A stretch of 64,000 nt of DNA from contig JBEPYN010000001.1 of NCBI GenBank assembly GCA_041641305.1, forward strand, positions 384,001 through 448,000, in the 5' to 3' direction. Under the pieces are notes generated by a model. That model ran no database searches. It was not told the origin of the DNA and saw only the letters and a program-made list of their open reading frames with translations. A program made the position numbers and the translations under genes. Shown one piece after another: positions 28,638 through 38,842 of this stretch. Each line of letters starts with the position of its first letter. Within the stretch, counting starts at the first letter, position 1. Source of the DNA: Nitrososphaerota archaeon. GTDB lineage: Archaea; Thermoproteota; Nitrososphaeria_A; Caldarchaeales; Caldarchaeaceae.

Positions 28638-29437
28638 TTGATGTCTTGTCGCAACCGTTTATGCAGAGGGCTTTAGGTGCAGCGGTTGTGACAGGGCTGC
28701 TGCTACCCCTAATAGGAAACTATCTCGTTCCCAAGAGGCTCTCTCTCCTAGGCGACGCCTCCTCCCACGCAGCATTCGCAGTAATCGCTTTATCGAGCCT
28801 TCTCGGCTTCAGAGAAACTCTTCTCACATACCTTGCTCCCGTTGCAGCTATCTACGCAATTCTCCAGCTTATGAGACGGTTTCACGTATCAGGCGACCAA
28901 GCCCTCGCTGCATTACTCGCAGTAGGCGGGGCAACAGCCTCCCTCGCCATCTCCCTAGGCGCAAGGGTGAACCTCAACGCCGTCCTCTTCGGAAGCCTCC
29001 TGCTAGTCCAAGTCGAAGACATCATTTTGGGAGTATCTGTCGCCGCGGCTGTAACCCTCTTCGTCGCCGGAAACTTCGGGAAAACACTGGTCTATACGGT
29101 GAGCGAGGAGCTCGCGAAAGTTAGAGGTGTGCAGGTCGGGGCATACACATTTGTCTTCGCCGTAGCCGCGGGACTCTCAATCGTTACCGGCATAAAGATA
29201 GCCGGCGTCCTTCTCGTCACGGCGCTTCTCGCAATACCGACTATGGCGGCTTCGCTCATCTCAAACTCTTTCAAAATATCAATCCTGCTATCTATCCTGT
29301 TCGGCACAACGGCTACGACCTTGGGTGTCTTCATCTCATACTACCTCGCCCTCGCTCCGGGCGCATCCTCTGTCATGGTTTTGATGATTTTCCTGATTCT
29401 ATGTCTGGTTTTGAGAAGTCTTAGGATAAGGATATAG
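28634..29437 (+). CDS. Zn/Mn ABC transporter permease (ZnuB-like)
   Basis: FMQRAL, GDASSHAA, LFGSLL, GVLLVTALLAIP. Confidence 0.9.
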   Translation: MIDVLSQPFMQRALGAAVVTGLLLPLIGNYLVPKRLSLLGDASSHAAFAVIALSSLLGFRETLLTYLAPVAAIYAILQLMRRFHVSGDQALAALLAVGGATASLAISLGARVNLNAVLFGSLLLVQVEDIILGVSVAAAVTLFVAGNFGKTLVYTVSEELAKVRGVQVGAYTFVFAVAAGLSIVTGIKIAGVLLVTALLAIPTMAASLISNSFKISILLSILFGTTATTLGVFISYYLALAPGASSVMVLMIFLILCLVLRSLRIRI

Positions 29438-29461
29438 AGTGGGAGCGGGTTTTTTCTCGGT

Positions 29462-29914
29462 GTGGCAGAGGTTTTGCTCGCGGTTCCTCCGCGGGTCAAG
29501 GTTTTGGAGGCTCTGGGCGCTGTGGCAGGCGGCAGGATCAAGGTCTTGGATGATAGAAATTGTTTGGTTGACGCCTCCGAGGGCACGCGAACCTACAAGG
29601 TCTACGTCGACATAGAGAAAAAAATCGCCAACAGCGACGACAACGGAACCTTCTACCGAAACTACATAGGATACCCTATAATCGCCTTCCTGATGGTGAA
29701 GGGGCTGCTTAGCTATGACCCAGCCATAGCCACGCCTCTTGCGGAGATAAAATGGCGGACCCTCAACGAACGCTACAAAAGCTACTGGAAAGTTGAGACA
29801 CTCATTAAGAAGATGCTGGCGGAGAAAGGTGTCAAGCCGGAGGATGTAGACAGATTCGTCTCAAAGGTTCTCGACGAGCTTGCCGCCCTTGGTCTCCGCA
29901 AACAGGCTACTTGA
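29462..29914 (+). CDS. Conserved hypothetical protein
   Basis: 150-aa ORF with typical codon usage; PPRVKVLEALGA and SDDNG...GYPIIAFLM look conserved. Confidence 0.7.
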   Translation: MAEVLLAVPPRVKVLEALGAVAGGRIKVLDDRNCLVDASEGTRTYKVYVDIEKKIANSDDNGTFYRNYIGYPIIAFLMVKGLLSYDPAIATPLAEIKWRTLNERYKSYWKVETLIKKMLAEKGVKPEDVDRFVSKVLDELAALGLRKQAT

Positions 29915-30347
29915 CGACGAGGACTGAGCAGTGGGCGTGGGACACGACCCCGCTCGCCACGCTTCCCAGCACCACTTTCTTGAAGCCGCTTAAACCCCTC
30001 GTCCCAGTAACGACAAGGTCTACACCATGTGTTTCGGCGAAGCCGGTGATGGCCTCGACAACCGAGGGCCTCATCTCCAACACCTCTCCAACAGCCTTCA
30101 CACCCATCCTCGCAGCCGTCTCAACAGCCTCCTCAACATAGCGTCTCCCCTCCCTCACAGCATCTTCATAAAACTGCTTCAAAGCCGCTGGAGGAACACC
30201 CGACGCGGCGAACAGATAAGGCGGCTGCTGCACAACGTGAAGGAAAATAAGCTCGGCTCCCATCTGTTTACATAAACCAACCGCCACATCTACAGCCTTT
30301 CTGCTAAACTCGGAGCCATCCACAGCGACCAAAACTTTCCTAAACAT
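29907..30347 (-). CDS. Universal stress protein (UspA family)
   Basis: KVLVAVDGS, GTRGLSG...LGSVASGV...CSVLVVK; GGAGG before ATG 30347. Confidence 0.92.
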   Translation of the reverse strand: MFRKVLVAVDGSEFSRKAVDVAVGLCKQMGAELIFLHVVQQPPYLFAASGVPPAALKQFYEDAVREGRRYVEEAVETAARMGVKAVGEVLEMRPSVVEAITGFAETHGVDLVVTGTRGLSGFKKVVLGSVASGVVSHAHCSVLVVK

Positions 30348-30525
30348 ACCTCCTCTAAACATATCCGGGTAAAAACTGTTTACACCCTCCACGGAAAATA
30401 ATCTACCCCGTCTCCGAAAAGATCGTTGAAAGCATTTGCCCAAACTATTAAGGTATTTAGATAATATTTTTCCAAAATGAGGGCAGATAAGAGTATATTT
30501 ACCGCGGCCATGATCTTCGGCGAGG

Positions 30526-32049
30526 GTGTTGTTGGAGGACTTTGGACTGTTGAGTTTTTTCACGGGAAGCTGGCTGGGGGTACTGGTTCTGGCGGGGGTG
30601 GTGATAGCCGCTTCTTTGGCGGCGGTGCGTCTATTCAGGAAGCGGAAGAGTGATGATGTTGTGGTGGAGGAGGTTTTAGAGGTTGAGGAAACCTCTTCTC
30701 CCGAAGTCATCGACCGGTATAGAGTAGACGAGATTATTGAGGTCAGTATAATTAGGCAGGAGAACCGGTATAGGTATGTCGTTGAAGAGCCCAGCCTATC
30801 GGATGAAGAGGAGGAGATTATTAGACGGGTTGAGCAACAGTATTTGAAGAAAGGTGTGGACCCCTTCAAGCTTCTTGAAGAATATGATATAGATGAGGAC
30901 CGTGTAAAGGTGTTGAGATATTTTCTGTGGAAGAATTTGCGGGGTGGTTGGAAGCTTGAGCCTCTTCTGAGGGATGAGGGTCTCGAGGACATAACCATTA
31001 CGAAGCCGGGTCCGGTATACGTCATTCACAGGCGTCACCCAGACCTCGGCTGGATAGAGACCAGCATCGTGCTCACGGCTGAGGAGCTTGATAAACAGGC
31101 GAGGCTGCTTGCCGAGCGGAACGGGGCGGAGCTGAGCATCGCCAAACCCGCAGCCGAGATCATGACAGTCGAAGGCGACCGAATAGCGCTAACCTACGCA
31201 GGCGAACTCACTCCAGGCACAAGCACGATCACTGTACGCAAGTTTCCACGCAGCCCCTACACCATCATCGACCTGATAAAAAAGGGAACCTTGACGGTCA
31301 TAACTGCCGCCTACCTCTGGACAGCTCTCGAGAACAAGAAATTCGTCATGGTTGCTGGGCCGACGGGAAGCGGTAAAACAACGCTTCTCTCGGCACTTCT
31401 CCAGCTGCTTCCATCCAACGCTAAGCTTTTGACGCTCGAGGACTATCATCCCGAGATAAACCTCTCATGGCATAGAAACTGGCACCGATTCGTCACGAGG
31501 CGAACCCTTGGCGAAACAGCCTACTCCCTGGCAGATATCCTGAGGCTCAGCCTCCGACACAGGCCTGACTACACCATTGTGGGGGAGGTTAGGGGTGTTG
31601 AGGCAAGGGTTATGTTTTCGGCAGCCGCAACAGGCCACGGTATGGCGTCGACCATTCACGCCGAAAGCCTCGAGGATGTTTACCAGAGGCTGACCGGTGC
31701 CAGCATGGGTGTTCTAAAGGAGGAGCTCTCGTTCCTCAACGTGGTGGCGATTGTGCGGAACACCTCGAAGGGCAGGAGGGTTATCGGTGTCTGGGAGATT
31801 GAGAGGACTGGGAGCGAGCATTTGATAAGCTGGTTCGACGAAGATACTGGAAAATTCTTTCCCGAGACAGCTAAGCAGCTGATCGTGAATTCACCTATGT
31901 TGGTGCACAACCCATCACTCAGAAGAGACTACGAAAACAAGCTGAGCATTCTCGAGACCGTACTTTCCTCGGGGGAGGAGCTGAGGGCGGAGCAATTATC
32001 TGAGCGGGTGGAGAAGCTTCGGAGAGAGCTGCGGCTTGTCGCTGATTGA
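30526..32049 (+). CDS. Type II/IV secretion (pilus assembly) ATPase, TadA/ArlI-like
   Basis: GPTGSGKTT, LTLED, LRHRPDYTIVGEVRG, TGHG..STIHA. Confidence 0.92.
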   Translation: MLLEDFGLLSFFTGSWLGVLVLAGVVIAASLAAVRLFRKRKSDDVVVEEVLEVEETSSPEVIDRYRVDEIIEVSIIRQENRYRYVVEEPSLSDEEEEIIRRVEQQYLKKGVDPFKLLEEYDIDEDRVKVLRYFLWKNLRGGWKLEPLLRDEGLEDITITKPGPVYVIHRRHPDLGWIETSIVLTAEELDKQARLLAERNGAELSIAKPAAEIMTVEGDRIALTYAGELTPGTSTITVRKFPRSPYTIIDLIKKGTLTVITAAYLWTALENKKFVMVAGPTGSGKTTLLSALLQLLPSNAKLLTLEDYHPEINLSWHRNWHRFVTRRTLGETAYSLADILRLSLRHRPDYTIVGEVRGVEARVMFSAAATGHGMASTIHAESLEDVYQRLTGASMGVLKEELSFLNVVAIVRNTSKGRRVIGVWEIERTGSEHLISWFDEDTGKFFPETAKQLIVNSPMLVHNPSLRRDYENKLSILETVLSSGEELRAEQLSERVEKLRRELRLVAD

Positions 32050-32953
32050 CTTCTCCGCCGAAGAATACGAGGTGCTTTCTTGGCTTAGCCATCTTATGCA
32101 GGGCTCGGAAAAGGGTGTGAAGATATTTGAGGTAGACGCCAAGACAGGCGAGGTCAAACTGGTTGCAGACCCTCCGATGAAGCTTGACCGATCCTCACTA
32201 TTCAAGATTCTCGACAGGCTGGAGTCACGTGGGCTTGTTAAGAGTGTTTTCGAGAAGAAGATTGCGACATGCGTGAGATGCGGGAAGGGGCTTTTCCAGC
32301 CTCATCTAAACTGTCCCGCATGCAGCTCAGAGGACATCGAAAAAGTTATTGTTCATGTTCATAACTGTGGGGCATCTATACCTGAGACACTGCTCTCCTC
32401 TGTGAAAACTTGCCCAAAATGCGGCGACGTTCTTGAGAGAAAGGATTTTGTAAACAGTCATGGAAGGTTTGTATGCAACAGCTGTGGAGAGGTTTTTGAA
32501 CATCCTGAGGTTGTGTCCGAATGTGTTTCATGCGGCTTCAGTGCCAAGGCGTCTGACATGGTTTATCTGACGCTCCGCCGCTACACGCCTACGGAGAGCG
32601 GCTCACTGCTGCTTGAGGTCCGCAGCCCACTCAGAGTATTGCTTAGAAAGCTTCTCGAGGAGGGGTTCAAAGTATCTGAAAACGTGTCCCTGCGCGGAGT
32701 CAGCGGAGCCACGCATCAAATCAGCTTGCTGGCTGTAAGGGTGGAGGAGACACGCGTCTACGAGGTTGGATACTTTGTCGACGCCGAGACGCTTCTCAGG
32801 TTTGCTGTTAAAAGGCTCGACGTGGAGAAAACCAGCATCCCCGGGGCCTTGGGTAGAATACGCTGGATAATGGCGGGTGTCGAGTTCGCCGAAGCTGCTC
32901 TGAAGACAGCGGAGACATTCGGTGTCGAAGTGGAGGTCGTCAAAGTTGCTTGA
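32036..32953 (+). CDS. Multi-Cys Zn-ribbon protein (TackOD1-like) with C-terminal restriction-endonuclease-like fold
   Basis: wHTH-like start, five CxxC pairs plus HNC, then RGVSGATHQI. Confidence 0.65.
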   Translation: MSLIDFSAEEYEVLSWLSHLMQGSEKGVKIFEVDAKTGEVKLVADPPMKLDRSSLFKILDRLESRGLVKSVFEKKIATCVRCGKGLFQPHLNCPACSSEDIEKVIVHVHNCGASIPETLLSSVKTCPKCGDVLERKDFVNSHGRFVCNSCGEVFEHPEVVSECVSCGFSAKASDMVYLTLRRYTPTESGSLLLEVRSPLRVLLRKLLEEGFKVSENVSLRGVSGATHQISLLAVRVEETRVYEVGYFVDAETLLRFAVKRLDVEKTSIPGALGRIRWIMAGVEFAEAALKTAETFGVEVEVVKVA

Positions 32954-34331
32954 TACCTCGGTGACACGTTCTATTCTTGATTTTGTTCTGGTTTATTGGC
33001 CCTATCTCAGTATGGCTGGGTTAGCTGCCACAGTGATTGGACTATACGGGCGTCTACAGGAATCGGAGAAGAGCAGCAGCGCAGAGAAGGAGCAGACGTT
33101 TTTCCTCGTCATCCTCTACGTCTTCCTCAAGAGCGGAAAAACAATGCTACAGTCCCTTAGAGAAGCAGCCTCGCGGAGAAGATATATCAAACACCTTTCC
33201 GAGGTCTCGTCTTTTCTGGTGCGGGAGTCTGAGAGGAGGACTCTTGCCGATGGTTTGAAACAGTATGTTCATCCGAGCCGTGAGTTCACGCTGTTGCTGG
33301 GTTCGCTTGGCGAGGATTTGGAGAGTGGCTTCGGTGTCGTCGAGAAGGTTGAGAAACTGATTGAGCAGGCCATTTCACGTGAGTCAGACAGGTGGAAAAG
33401 ATACGTGGACAGTGTGGAGACGCTCGGGGAGGTTGTCGTATCTGTGATATTGTTGATTCCGTTGATTTATGTGGTGGGCGGGCTGCTGGGCGGGTTTCCG
33501 CTTATCTATTCTGTTGTCATCGCTATTGCGGCCGCCGCTGTTCTCTACGTTGTGTCCAGCGCCTCGGAGCCGTTGCATCTCGTAGATCTTCCACGCAGCA
33601 TCACATTCATCTCGACGGCGGTCATCTTCGTCTTTGGAGGGGTTTTGGCTACGAGTCTGCTGGGTTTCATGCCTGTGCTGCTTGGTGTGGTTGCGGGGGT
33701 GGCGACGCTTGTGTGGGGCTTGTTTGTCCACTTCATGTATGTCCGGAGGGCTGTTGCCGAGGGTGAGGCATCTTTTCTCCTGTTGGATGGTGTGGCGGCT
33801 CGGCTGAGAGCAGGGTATCCTCTTGGACGAAGTCTCGAGGCTGTCGCTGACCCGAGGTACAAGCGGTACGCGATGGCTATTGCACATGGGCTTGAGATAA
33901 ACCCGTATAACAGGTTCATGGCTTTGGCGATGGAGACCGTGAAGATTGCGCGGCTGGGTGGACTGGGGGCTGAGGCCCTCAGCCTCTTGGCGAGGCTCGC
34001 CCTCTCCATCTACCTAAGCTTCACAGGGGCCCGTGCACGTATGAAGCTCTACACAGCGCTTGCGATAGCAAGCGGCGCAGCAATCATCGCCGTCTCAGCC
34101 ATAACGCTCGCACCTTTCACGGGTCTTCCACAAGATGTGGCGACGGAGGTTCAGCGCCTCATAGCTGTTCCAAGCATAGAGCCTGTTCTTCCTCTTGCGA
34201 TGCTTGTCTCATATGTGTTGGGCGTGGTTGTGGGACGTATTGAGGACCAGACGATAGCTGCTTGCTGGAGAGCTGGAGCAGGTGTGCTCGCCACGTTGCT
34301 TGTGTATTCCATAGCTTCTGCTATTGTATAG
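32922..34331 (+). CDS. Pilus assembly membrane platform (TadC/ArlJ-like)
   Basis: Polytopic membrane ORF with two T2SSF-like cytoplasmic segments, downstream of the ATPase. Confidence 0.7.
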   Translation: MSKWRSSKLLDTSVTRSILDFVLVYWPYLSMAGLAATVIGLYGRLQESEKSSSAEKEQTFFLVILYVFLKSGKTMLQSLREAASRRRYIKHLSEVSSFLVRESERRTLADGLKQYVHPSREFTLLLGSLGEDLESGFGVVEKVEKLIEQAISRESDRWKRYVDSVETLGEVVVSVILLIPLIYVVGGLLGGFPLIYSVVIAIAAAAVLYVVSSASEPLHLVDLPRSITFISTAVIFVFGGVLATSLLGFMPVLLGVVAGVATLVWGLFVHFMYVRRAVAEGEASFLLLDGVAARLRAGYPLGRSLEAVADPRYKRYAMAIAHGLEINPYNRFMALAMETVKIARLGGLGAEALSLLARLALSIYLSFTGARARMKLYTALAIASGAAIIAVSAITLAPFTGLPQDVATEVQRLIAVPSIEPVLPLAMLVSYVLGVVVGRIEDQTIAACWRAGAGVLATLLVYSIASAIV

Positions 34332-34567
34332 CACAGGTATGATGTTATGTGGGTGAATCGCGGGGTAGGTTGGTGAGGCCGTGGTTTATGGTTGTGTATT
34401 GTTGTGGGGTATAGGGTGCTTGTGGGGACGCTGTAGCCGGGCGACGATGCTCCGGCCATGTTTATCTCGAGGAAACAGGTCAGGACTTTGCCGCTGTTCT
34501 AGAAGGACAGAAGGCGGCCGGCTTGCTGCGGAAACCAGCCGACATCATCCAAAAAAGGGGTGGGTGG

Positions 34568-35020
34568 TTAGGCAATTACGCCTGTCACAGCTGTCGACAG
34601 AACTTGGCTTGAACCATCAACGAATGAAACAGTGATTGACACCGGATAGGATTGGCCAAGAACGGTGCATCCCGCCGTATCTGTAGATGTGCCCGCCAGG
34701 GTTGCTCCAGGATCTCTACTTCCGGTCCATGTCCATGTTGTAAAGGCGCAACCTGCCGGCAGACCAGATATAGTCACAATTGGGTTTGTGGCGGAGATAG
34801 GGACGTCTCCTGTGTTTTTTAAGACTATGGTGAGTGTTGCTGCACCAGCCGGTGTTGCTACTAGTCTTATCTGGTCTATTATTGCTGTTGGTCTTCTGCC
34901 TGCTATGCCTGCAAGGTTGAAGAAGACACCTGAGACGACGACGGCGGCTGCAACGGTTATCGCTATCAACAGGATAACGGCTACAAGAGGGCTCAAACCT
35001 CTAGCTCCTGAACGAGTCAT
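34568..35020 (-). CDS. Archaeal type IV pilin (class III signal peptide), probable major pilin
   Basis: ARG|LSPLVAVILLIAITVAAA. Confidence 0.9.
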   Translation of the reverse strand: MTRSGARGLSPLVAVILLIAITVAAAVVVSGVFFNLAGIAGRRPTAIIDQIRLVATPAGAATLTIVLKNTGDVPISATNPIVTISGLPAGCAFTTWTWTGSRDPGATLAGTSTDTAGCTVLGQSYPVSITVSFVDGSSQVLSTAVTGVIA

Positions 35021-35099
35021 GTGGCCACGGGCCTTTTCCGATCATAAAAACTTTGATGAAGTTCTTTTGGCCAATAGCCCCCAATTCATACGCGGAGAT

Positions 35100-35510
35100 T
35101 TATGGCACAAACACATGGAAGGAAAAAATTTTGCCTGATGATGTTCTCACCAGAAGCGTGTATTCGCCCGTTGGCCATCCAGATGCTAGGAGAGGGTAGG
35201 AGGCATAGTCTCGGGGGTTTATCTCCAAGCATGGGTTGATGACCACTCCGCTGCCGAGCTGCACAACATGGACCTCCGCGACGCAGACAGGGAGTACGCC
35301 GTTGTTGTAGAATATGATGACACCGCTCCCATGAGCCTCGGCAACCACCAAGCTTTCCCCCGCACGACGAACATCCAAAGCCGCAAACTGGTTCAACACA
35401 CCAAACTGAAAACCAGCAGCCTGCGTAAAAACAACCACAGCCGCCAAAGTAACCCCAAGCACCAGAAGCACACCCACAATATAGCTAAGACCACGCGAAC
35501 CCAAACGCAA
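35100..35510 (-). CDS. Pilin-like protein (class III signal peptide); start uncertain
   Basis: SRG|LSYIVGVLLVLGVTLAA; TTG 35510 with upstream GGAG chosen over 35627. Confidence 0.7.
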   Translation of the reverse strand: MRLGSRGLSYIVGVLLVLGVTLAAVVVFTQAAGFQFGVLNQFAALDVRRAGESLVVAEAHGSGVIIFYNNGVLPVCVAEVHVVQLGSGVVINPCLEINPRDYASYPLLASGWPTGEYTLLVRTSSGKIFSFHVFVP

Positions 35511-35734
35511 ACAACTCCGAAACAAACACGACCAAAAGTATCTCGGCCAGGCAAATTTACCGCAATCATTCACCGTGGCCAAATCCCTAAGATTGGGGAG
35601 AAAATTGTTTCTTACAGTCACGGACACAAAAAATATCCCGGGCCGAATTTATCTATTTTTGTTAGAAGTTTGGAGTACTGAGCCATGATGATTTCCCTAA
35701 ATTATGGAATGTGTTTCCGATTACTCAGCGCTTC

Positions 35735-37174
35735 TCAGCATACGGCAGGCGGTAACCTAGACACTGTGAAGCTACTGGTGGAGGTTAAGGAGCCGCTCTC
35801 ACCTATTACTGTCACTGTCCCATCACTCCATATAACGAAGCTAAATGTGGCGGTATGTGTTCCGCCTGCGGTCACTGTTACGGGATTGGGTGTAAAGGTC
35901 TCGGTTCTGATGACGTTGTTGTTTGGTGATTCTGTGAACGTCAAAGTGACGGTGCCACTCCATCCGCCCAAGCTCGAAATCTCGACGGGAACCGACACCG
36001 CGTCTCCTCGACATCCAACAACAGCGGGCATCAAGACGTTTACAACGAAACTCCCCCCACCAGAGGGTACCAAAATACAGAAATCCGGTAACACAGTCAT
36101 CACAAAGGAGCTGGTCTTAACGGGGCCGAGGCCGTCATCTCCCGCAACCACGACAGTCCTAGTGCCTGAACCGGTGGGCCTGGCGTTTACGTGGACGTAG
36201 AAGTCGGCCGTGGTCACGGCATCCCTGACCGGCACCGGGTCGGGGGATGCGGCGTAGTTAATCCTCGTGTCGGGTGGAAAGATCGTGGAGACCCGGAAAC
36301 CAACATCCGACCGGTAGTTGGTTGGTGTTACTACTAAGCCGATGGTTGTGGCGCAGCCCTGCTCAAGGCTAATCGATGACGGAGTGAAGCCGAATGTGAA
36401 ATCACCCACAGCAACCCTGAGGAGAAACTCTCTCGCAAACCCGCCCGTGTCAACACGTATCCTCATAAAATATGTCCCTATGGGAGTGCCTGCCGGAACG
36501 CTGGCCAAAATATTCACCACCACAGCACCACCGGGTGGCACGGTAACGGGGCTAGAGGGGTTGAAGGACACAGACCAGCTGGAGCATGAAGCCGGCGCTG
36601 GTGTGACCGAGACACAGCTGACGGTCACCGGACCACCTGTGAAGTCTGGCCCCGTAGCCAAAACAAGCTGGGTCAAAGGCCCATTAACACCGCTGCTAAA
36701 CCCTGGCCTCACCAACCTCATCTCATCCCTCAGACTAAACAAAGACCAGGGCTCCGACGGAGCATCACCAACAGTAAAAACGCTCCCCCTCTCCGAGACA
36801 ACCTTGTATTGACGGCTAGGATTGCGTGGAGACTCCGCAGCCAAAACATCCCTGAATGTTTTCGGCTGGACAGACCAATCCACCGAATTAAGCGGCCCTA
36901 TAACGTTCACACCGCCGCTGTCAGATGATATCCAGTACCTGATTACAACGGCTAAGCTGCTGTGGTTGTTGAAAAGCCTAACATGCGTGCTGTTCACCCA
37001 GTAAATCATGAAGAAAGCCTCCATAGCCCTCTCCGCCTCCCTCCTAACAGCCTCGCTCGAAGAAGCCTGAAGAGCGTAAAGCATACCGAGAGCAGCGGAA
37101 ACAAGGCCCAGAAACACAACAGTAACCACCAACGCCGCGATGACCGTGCTTATGGCCCGCCGGTCCCCATACAT
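35735..37174 (-). CDS. Large pilin-like/adhesin protein with Ser/Thr/Val-rich beta-sandwich domains
   Basis: RRA|ISTVIAALVV signal; repeated FNPSSPVTV, FTPSSISL and FTPNPVTV segments. Confidence 0.75.
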   Translation of the reverse strand: MYGDRRAISTVIAALVVTVVFLGLVSAALGMLYALQASSSEAVRREAERAMEAFFMIYWVNSTHVRLFNNHSSLAVVIRYWISSDSGGVNVIGPLNSVDWSVQPKTFRDVLAAESPRNPSRQYKVVSERGSVFTVGDAPSEPWSLFSLRDEMRLVRPGFSSGVNGPLTQLVLATGPDFTGGPVTVSCVSVTPAPASCSSWSVSFNPSSPVTVPPGGAVVVNILASVPAGTPIGTYFMRIRVDTGGFAREFLLRVAVGDFTFGFTPSSISLEQGCATTIGLVVTPTNYRSDVGFRVSTIFPPDTRINYAASPDPVPVRDAVTTADFYVHVNARPTGSGTRTVVVAGDDGLGPVKTSSFVMTVLPDFCILVPSGGGSFVVNVLMPAVVGCRGDAVSVPVEISSLGGWSGTVTLTFTESPNNNVIRTETFTPNPVTVTAGGTHTATFSFVIWSDGTVTVIGESGSLTSTSSFTVSRLPPAVC

Positions 37175-37219
37175 GACGCCAACAACTCCACGTCAGTAAT
37201 AAGAATTAAACAAATTCCT

Positions 37220-38113
37220 TTAGCCTGTGAGACCAAGCCGCGCCTTAATCTCCGCAATATCCCTCTCGATGCGGGCAATCCTCTCCTCAAAGAGAGATGA
37301 GATATCCCGTCTCAACCCCCTAACCTCCTCCACCAAAACATCATGCCTCCCCAAAATCTCATCCTGCTTTTGAAGCATCAAGTCCTGTTTCTGAAGCATC
37401 TGGTCCTGCTTCCCAAGCATCTGGTCTTGCTTCTCCAGCATCTGGTCCTGCTTTTGTATCATTATGTCCTGTTTTTGAAGCATCAGGTCCGTTTTCTGTA
37501 ACATCAAGTCCTGCTTCTGCAACATCTCGTCCTGTTTTCGCAACATCAAGTCCTGCTTCTCCAGCATCTTATCCTGCTTCTGCAACATTTCATCCTGCTT
37601 CTGTATCATTATGTCCTGCTTTTGAAGCATCAAGTCCTGTTTATGGAGCATAAGATCCTGCTTCTCCAGCATCTGGTCCTGCTTATGCAACATCAAGTCC
37701 TGCTTCTCAATCAACGTGTCCAGCTTCGCAAGAGCCTTATCCTGTTTATCGAACATTATCTCGAAGTAAGAAGCTCCTGTTGCAAAGCCTTCCACCATCT
37801 CCTCCGCCAAATCCTTCACAATTATCTTGAATGTTTTGAATTCGCCAGTCGGCTTGGTGTATGTTACTGTTGTTTCGTCGACATGTATGGGCGGTGGAGC
37901 GGATTTGATCGTCTCTATCAGCCTCTCGACCTTATCTTTGGTGGATTCGGCGACTATTTTCACGGCTCCGTTTTCAAGATTCTCGACAAGCCCTTTTACA
38001 CCGAGCCGCCTCGCAGCCCTCCTAACAAAATACCTAAACCCAACCCCCTGAACATCACCGTCAACCACTATCTCCGCCCTCACCAAGCCATCCAGCGACA
38101 CAGCGGTCAACAA
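37220..38113 (-). CDS. Acylphosphatase domain fused to a long heptad-repeat coiled coil
   Basis: GDVQGVGFR and GLVENLENG motifs followed by KQDxMLx repeats. Confidence 0.85.
   Translation of the reverse strand: MLTAVSLDGLVRAEIVVDGDVQGVGFRYFVRRAARRLGVKGLVENLENGAVKIVAESTKDKVERLIETIKSAPPPIHVDETTVTYTKPTGEFKTFKIIVKDLAEEMVEGFATGASYFEIMFDKQDKALAKLDTLIEKQDLMLHKQDQMLEKQDLMLHKQDLMLQKQDIMIQKQDEMLQKQDKMLEKQDLMLRKQDEMLQKQDLMLQKTDLMLQKQDIMIQKQDQMLEKQDQMLGKQDQMLQKQDLMLQKQDEILGRHDVLVEEVRGLRRDISSLFEERIARIERDIAEIKARLGLTG
37349..37705 (-). repeat. 17 tandem 21-bp coding repeats (KQDxMLx)
   Basis: Counted directly from KQDLMLH to KQDEILG. Confidence 0.92.
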
Positions 38114-38228
38114 TTCATCTCACATAAAACGGCATATAAGTGTTGTCGACAAAATCGTCTTACATTTCGCGACGCGTTGCGTTTTCACCTTCTATGGTTT
38201 ACAGCTTAAATAAAAAAGGGATTGTTTT

Positions 38229-38693
38229 TCAGAGCTTGATATCTGTTTTGAATGTTCGTGTCCATGTGCCCCCTTGCCCTGGTTCACCTCTTTCCTGCCA
38301 TACTTTGACAGGTGTTTTTAGTCTGTGGCTGAGGAAACCGTTTAGAAAGCCTTCGTGAAAGCTGCATTCAAAGAATTTGCCGAGCTCGGGTATTTGCCCG
38401 CAAATTATGCAGTCAGATATTCTGATGGTTAATGTTTCCTCGGTTATTACCTCTAGTCTTCCAACGGAGTGTTTTCTCCAAACTTCGGAGAGATGGTTGA
38501 GAGATGCGAGAAGCTCTTTTTCCGGAATTGATTCCGAAGCCTTTCTACCAAACTCTTCGCCTATTTTACGCATTAAATCCTTGGAGCTCACACCAAACTC
38601 GCGCTGGAGCGGGCTTACCGCCGGCGAAAAGAAAGCAGCCGTGCTCGCAAAATCTCGCCAAAAACCTTTATCCTCAACTAACTCACTCATCAC
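38229..38693 (-). CDS. V4R-domain protein
   Basis: IGEEFG, VGRLEV, DCIIC, CSFHEGFLNGFL. Confidence 0.75.
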   Translation of the reverse strand: MMSELVEDKGFWRDFASTAAFFSPAVSPLQREFGVSSKDLMRKIGEEFGRKASESIPEKELLASLNHLSEVWRKHSVGRLEVITEETLTIRISDCIICGQIPELGKFFECSFHEGFLNGFLSHRLKTPVKVWQERGEPGQGGTWTRTFKTDIKL

Positions 38694-38736
38694 TGATATA
38701 ACGTCTTAGCGCAAAATAAGCTTAATTCATGTGTAG

Positions 38737-38810
38737 TGGGCCGGGGCGGACTTGAACCGCCGACCTCCACCGCGTCAGGGTGGCGTCATACCAGGCTAGA
38801 CCACCGGCCC
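38737..38810 (-). tRNA. tRNA-Val(GAC), no intron, CCA not encoded
   Basis: GGGCCGG acceptor stem, anticodon arm CCACC-CTGACGC-GGTGG, T-arm GGCGG-TTCAAGT-CCGCC. Confidence 0.95.
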
Positions 38811-38842
38811 GGGGTTTTTCGGCGAATTTTTTGGTATTAGAC

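Noticed and set aside
30348-31025. Long N-terminal extension of the Usp ORF
   Set aside because: It is antisense to the pilus ATPase; the real start with an RBS is at 30347.
37622-38209. Antisense ORF with HQVLL repeats
   Set aside because: It is the shadow of the KQD heptad repeat.
38737-38810. tRNA-Val as an integration site for the pilus region
   Set aside because: No duplicated tRNA 3' end and no integrase seen in the window.
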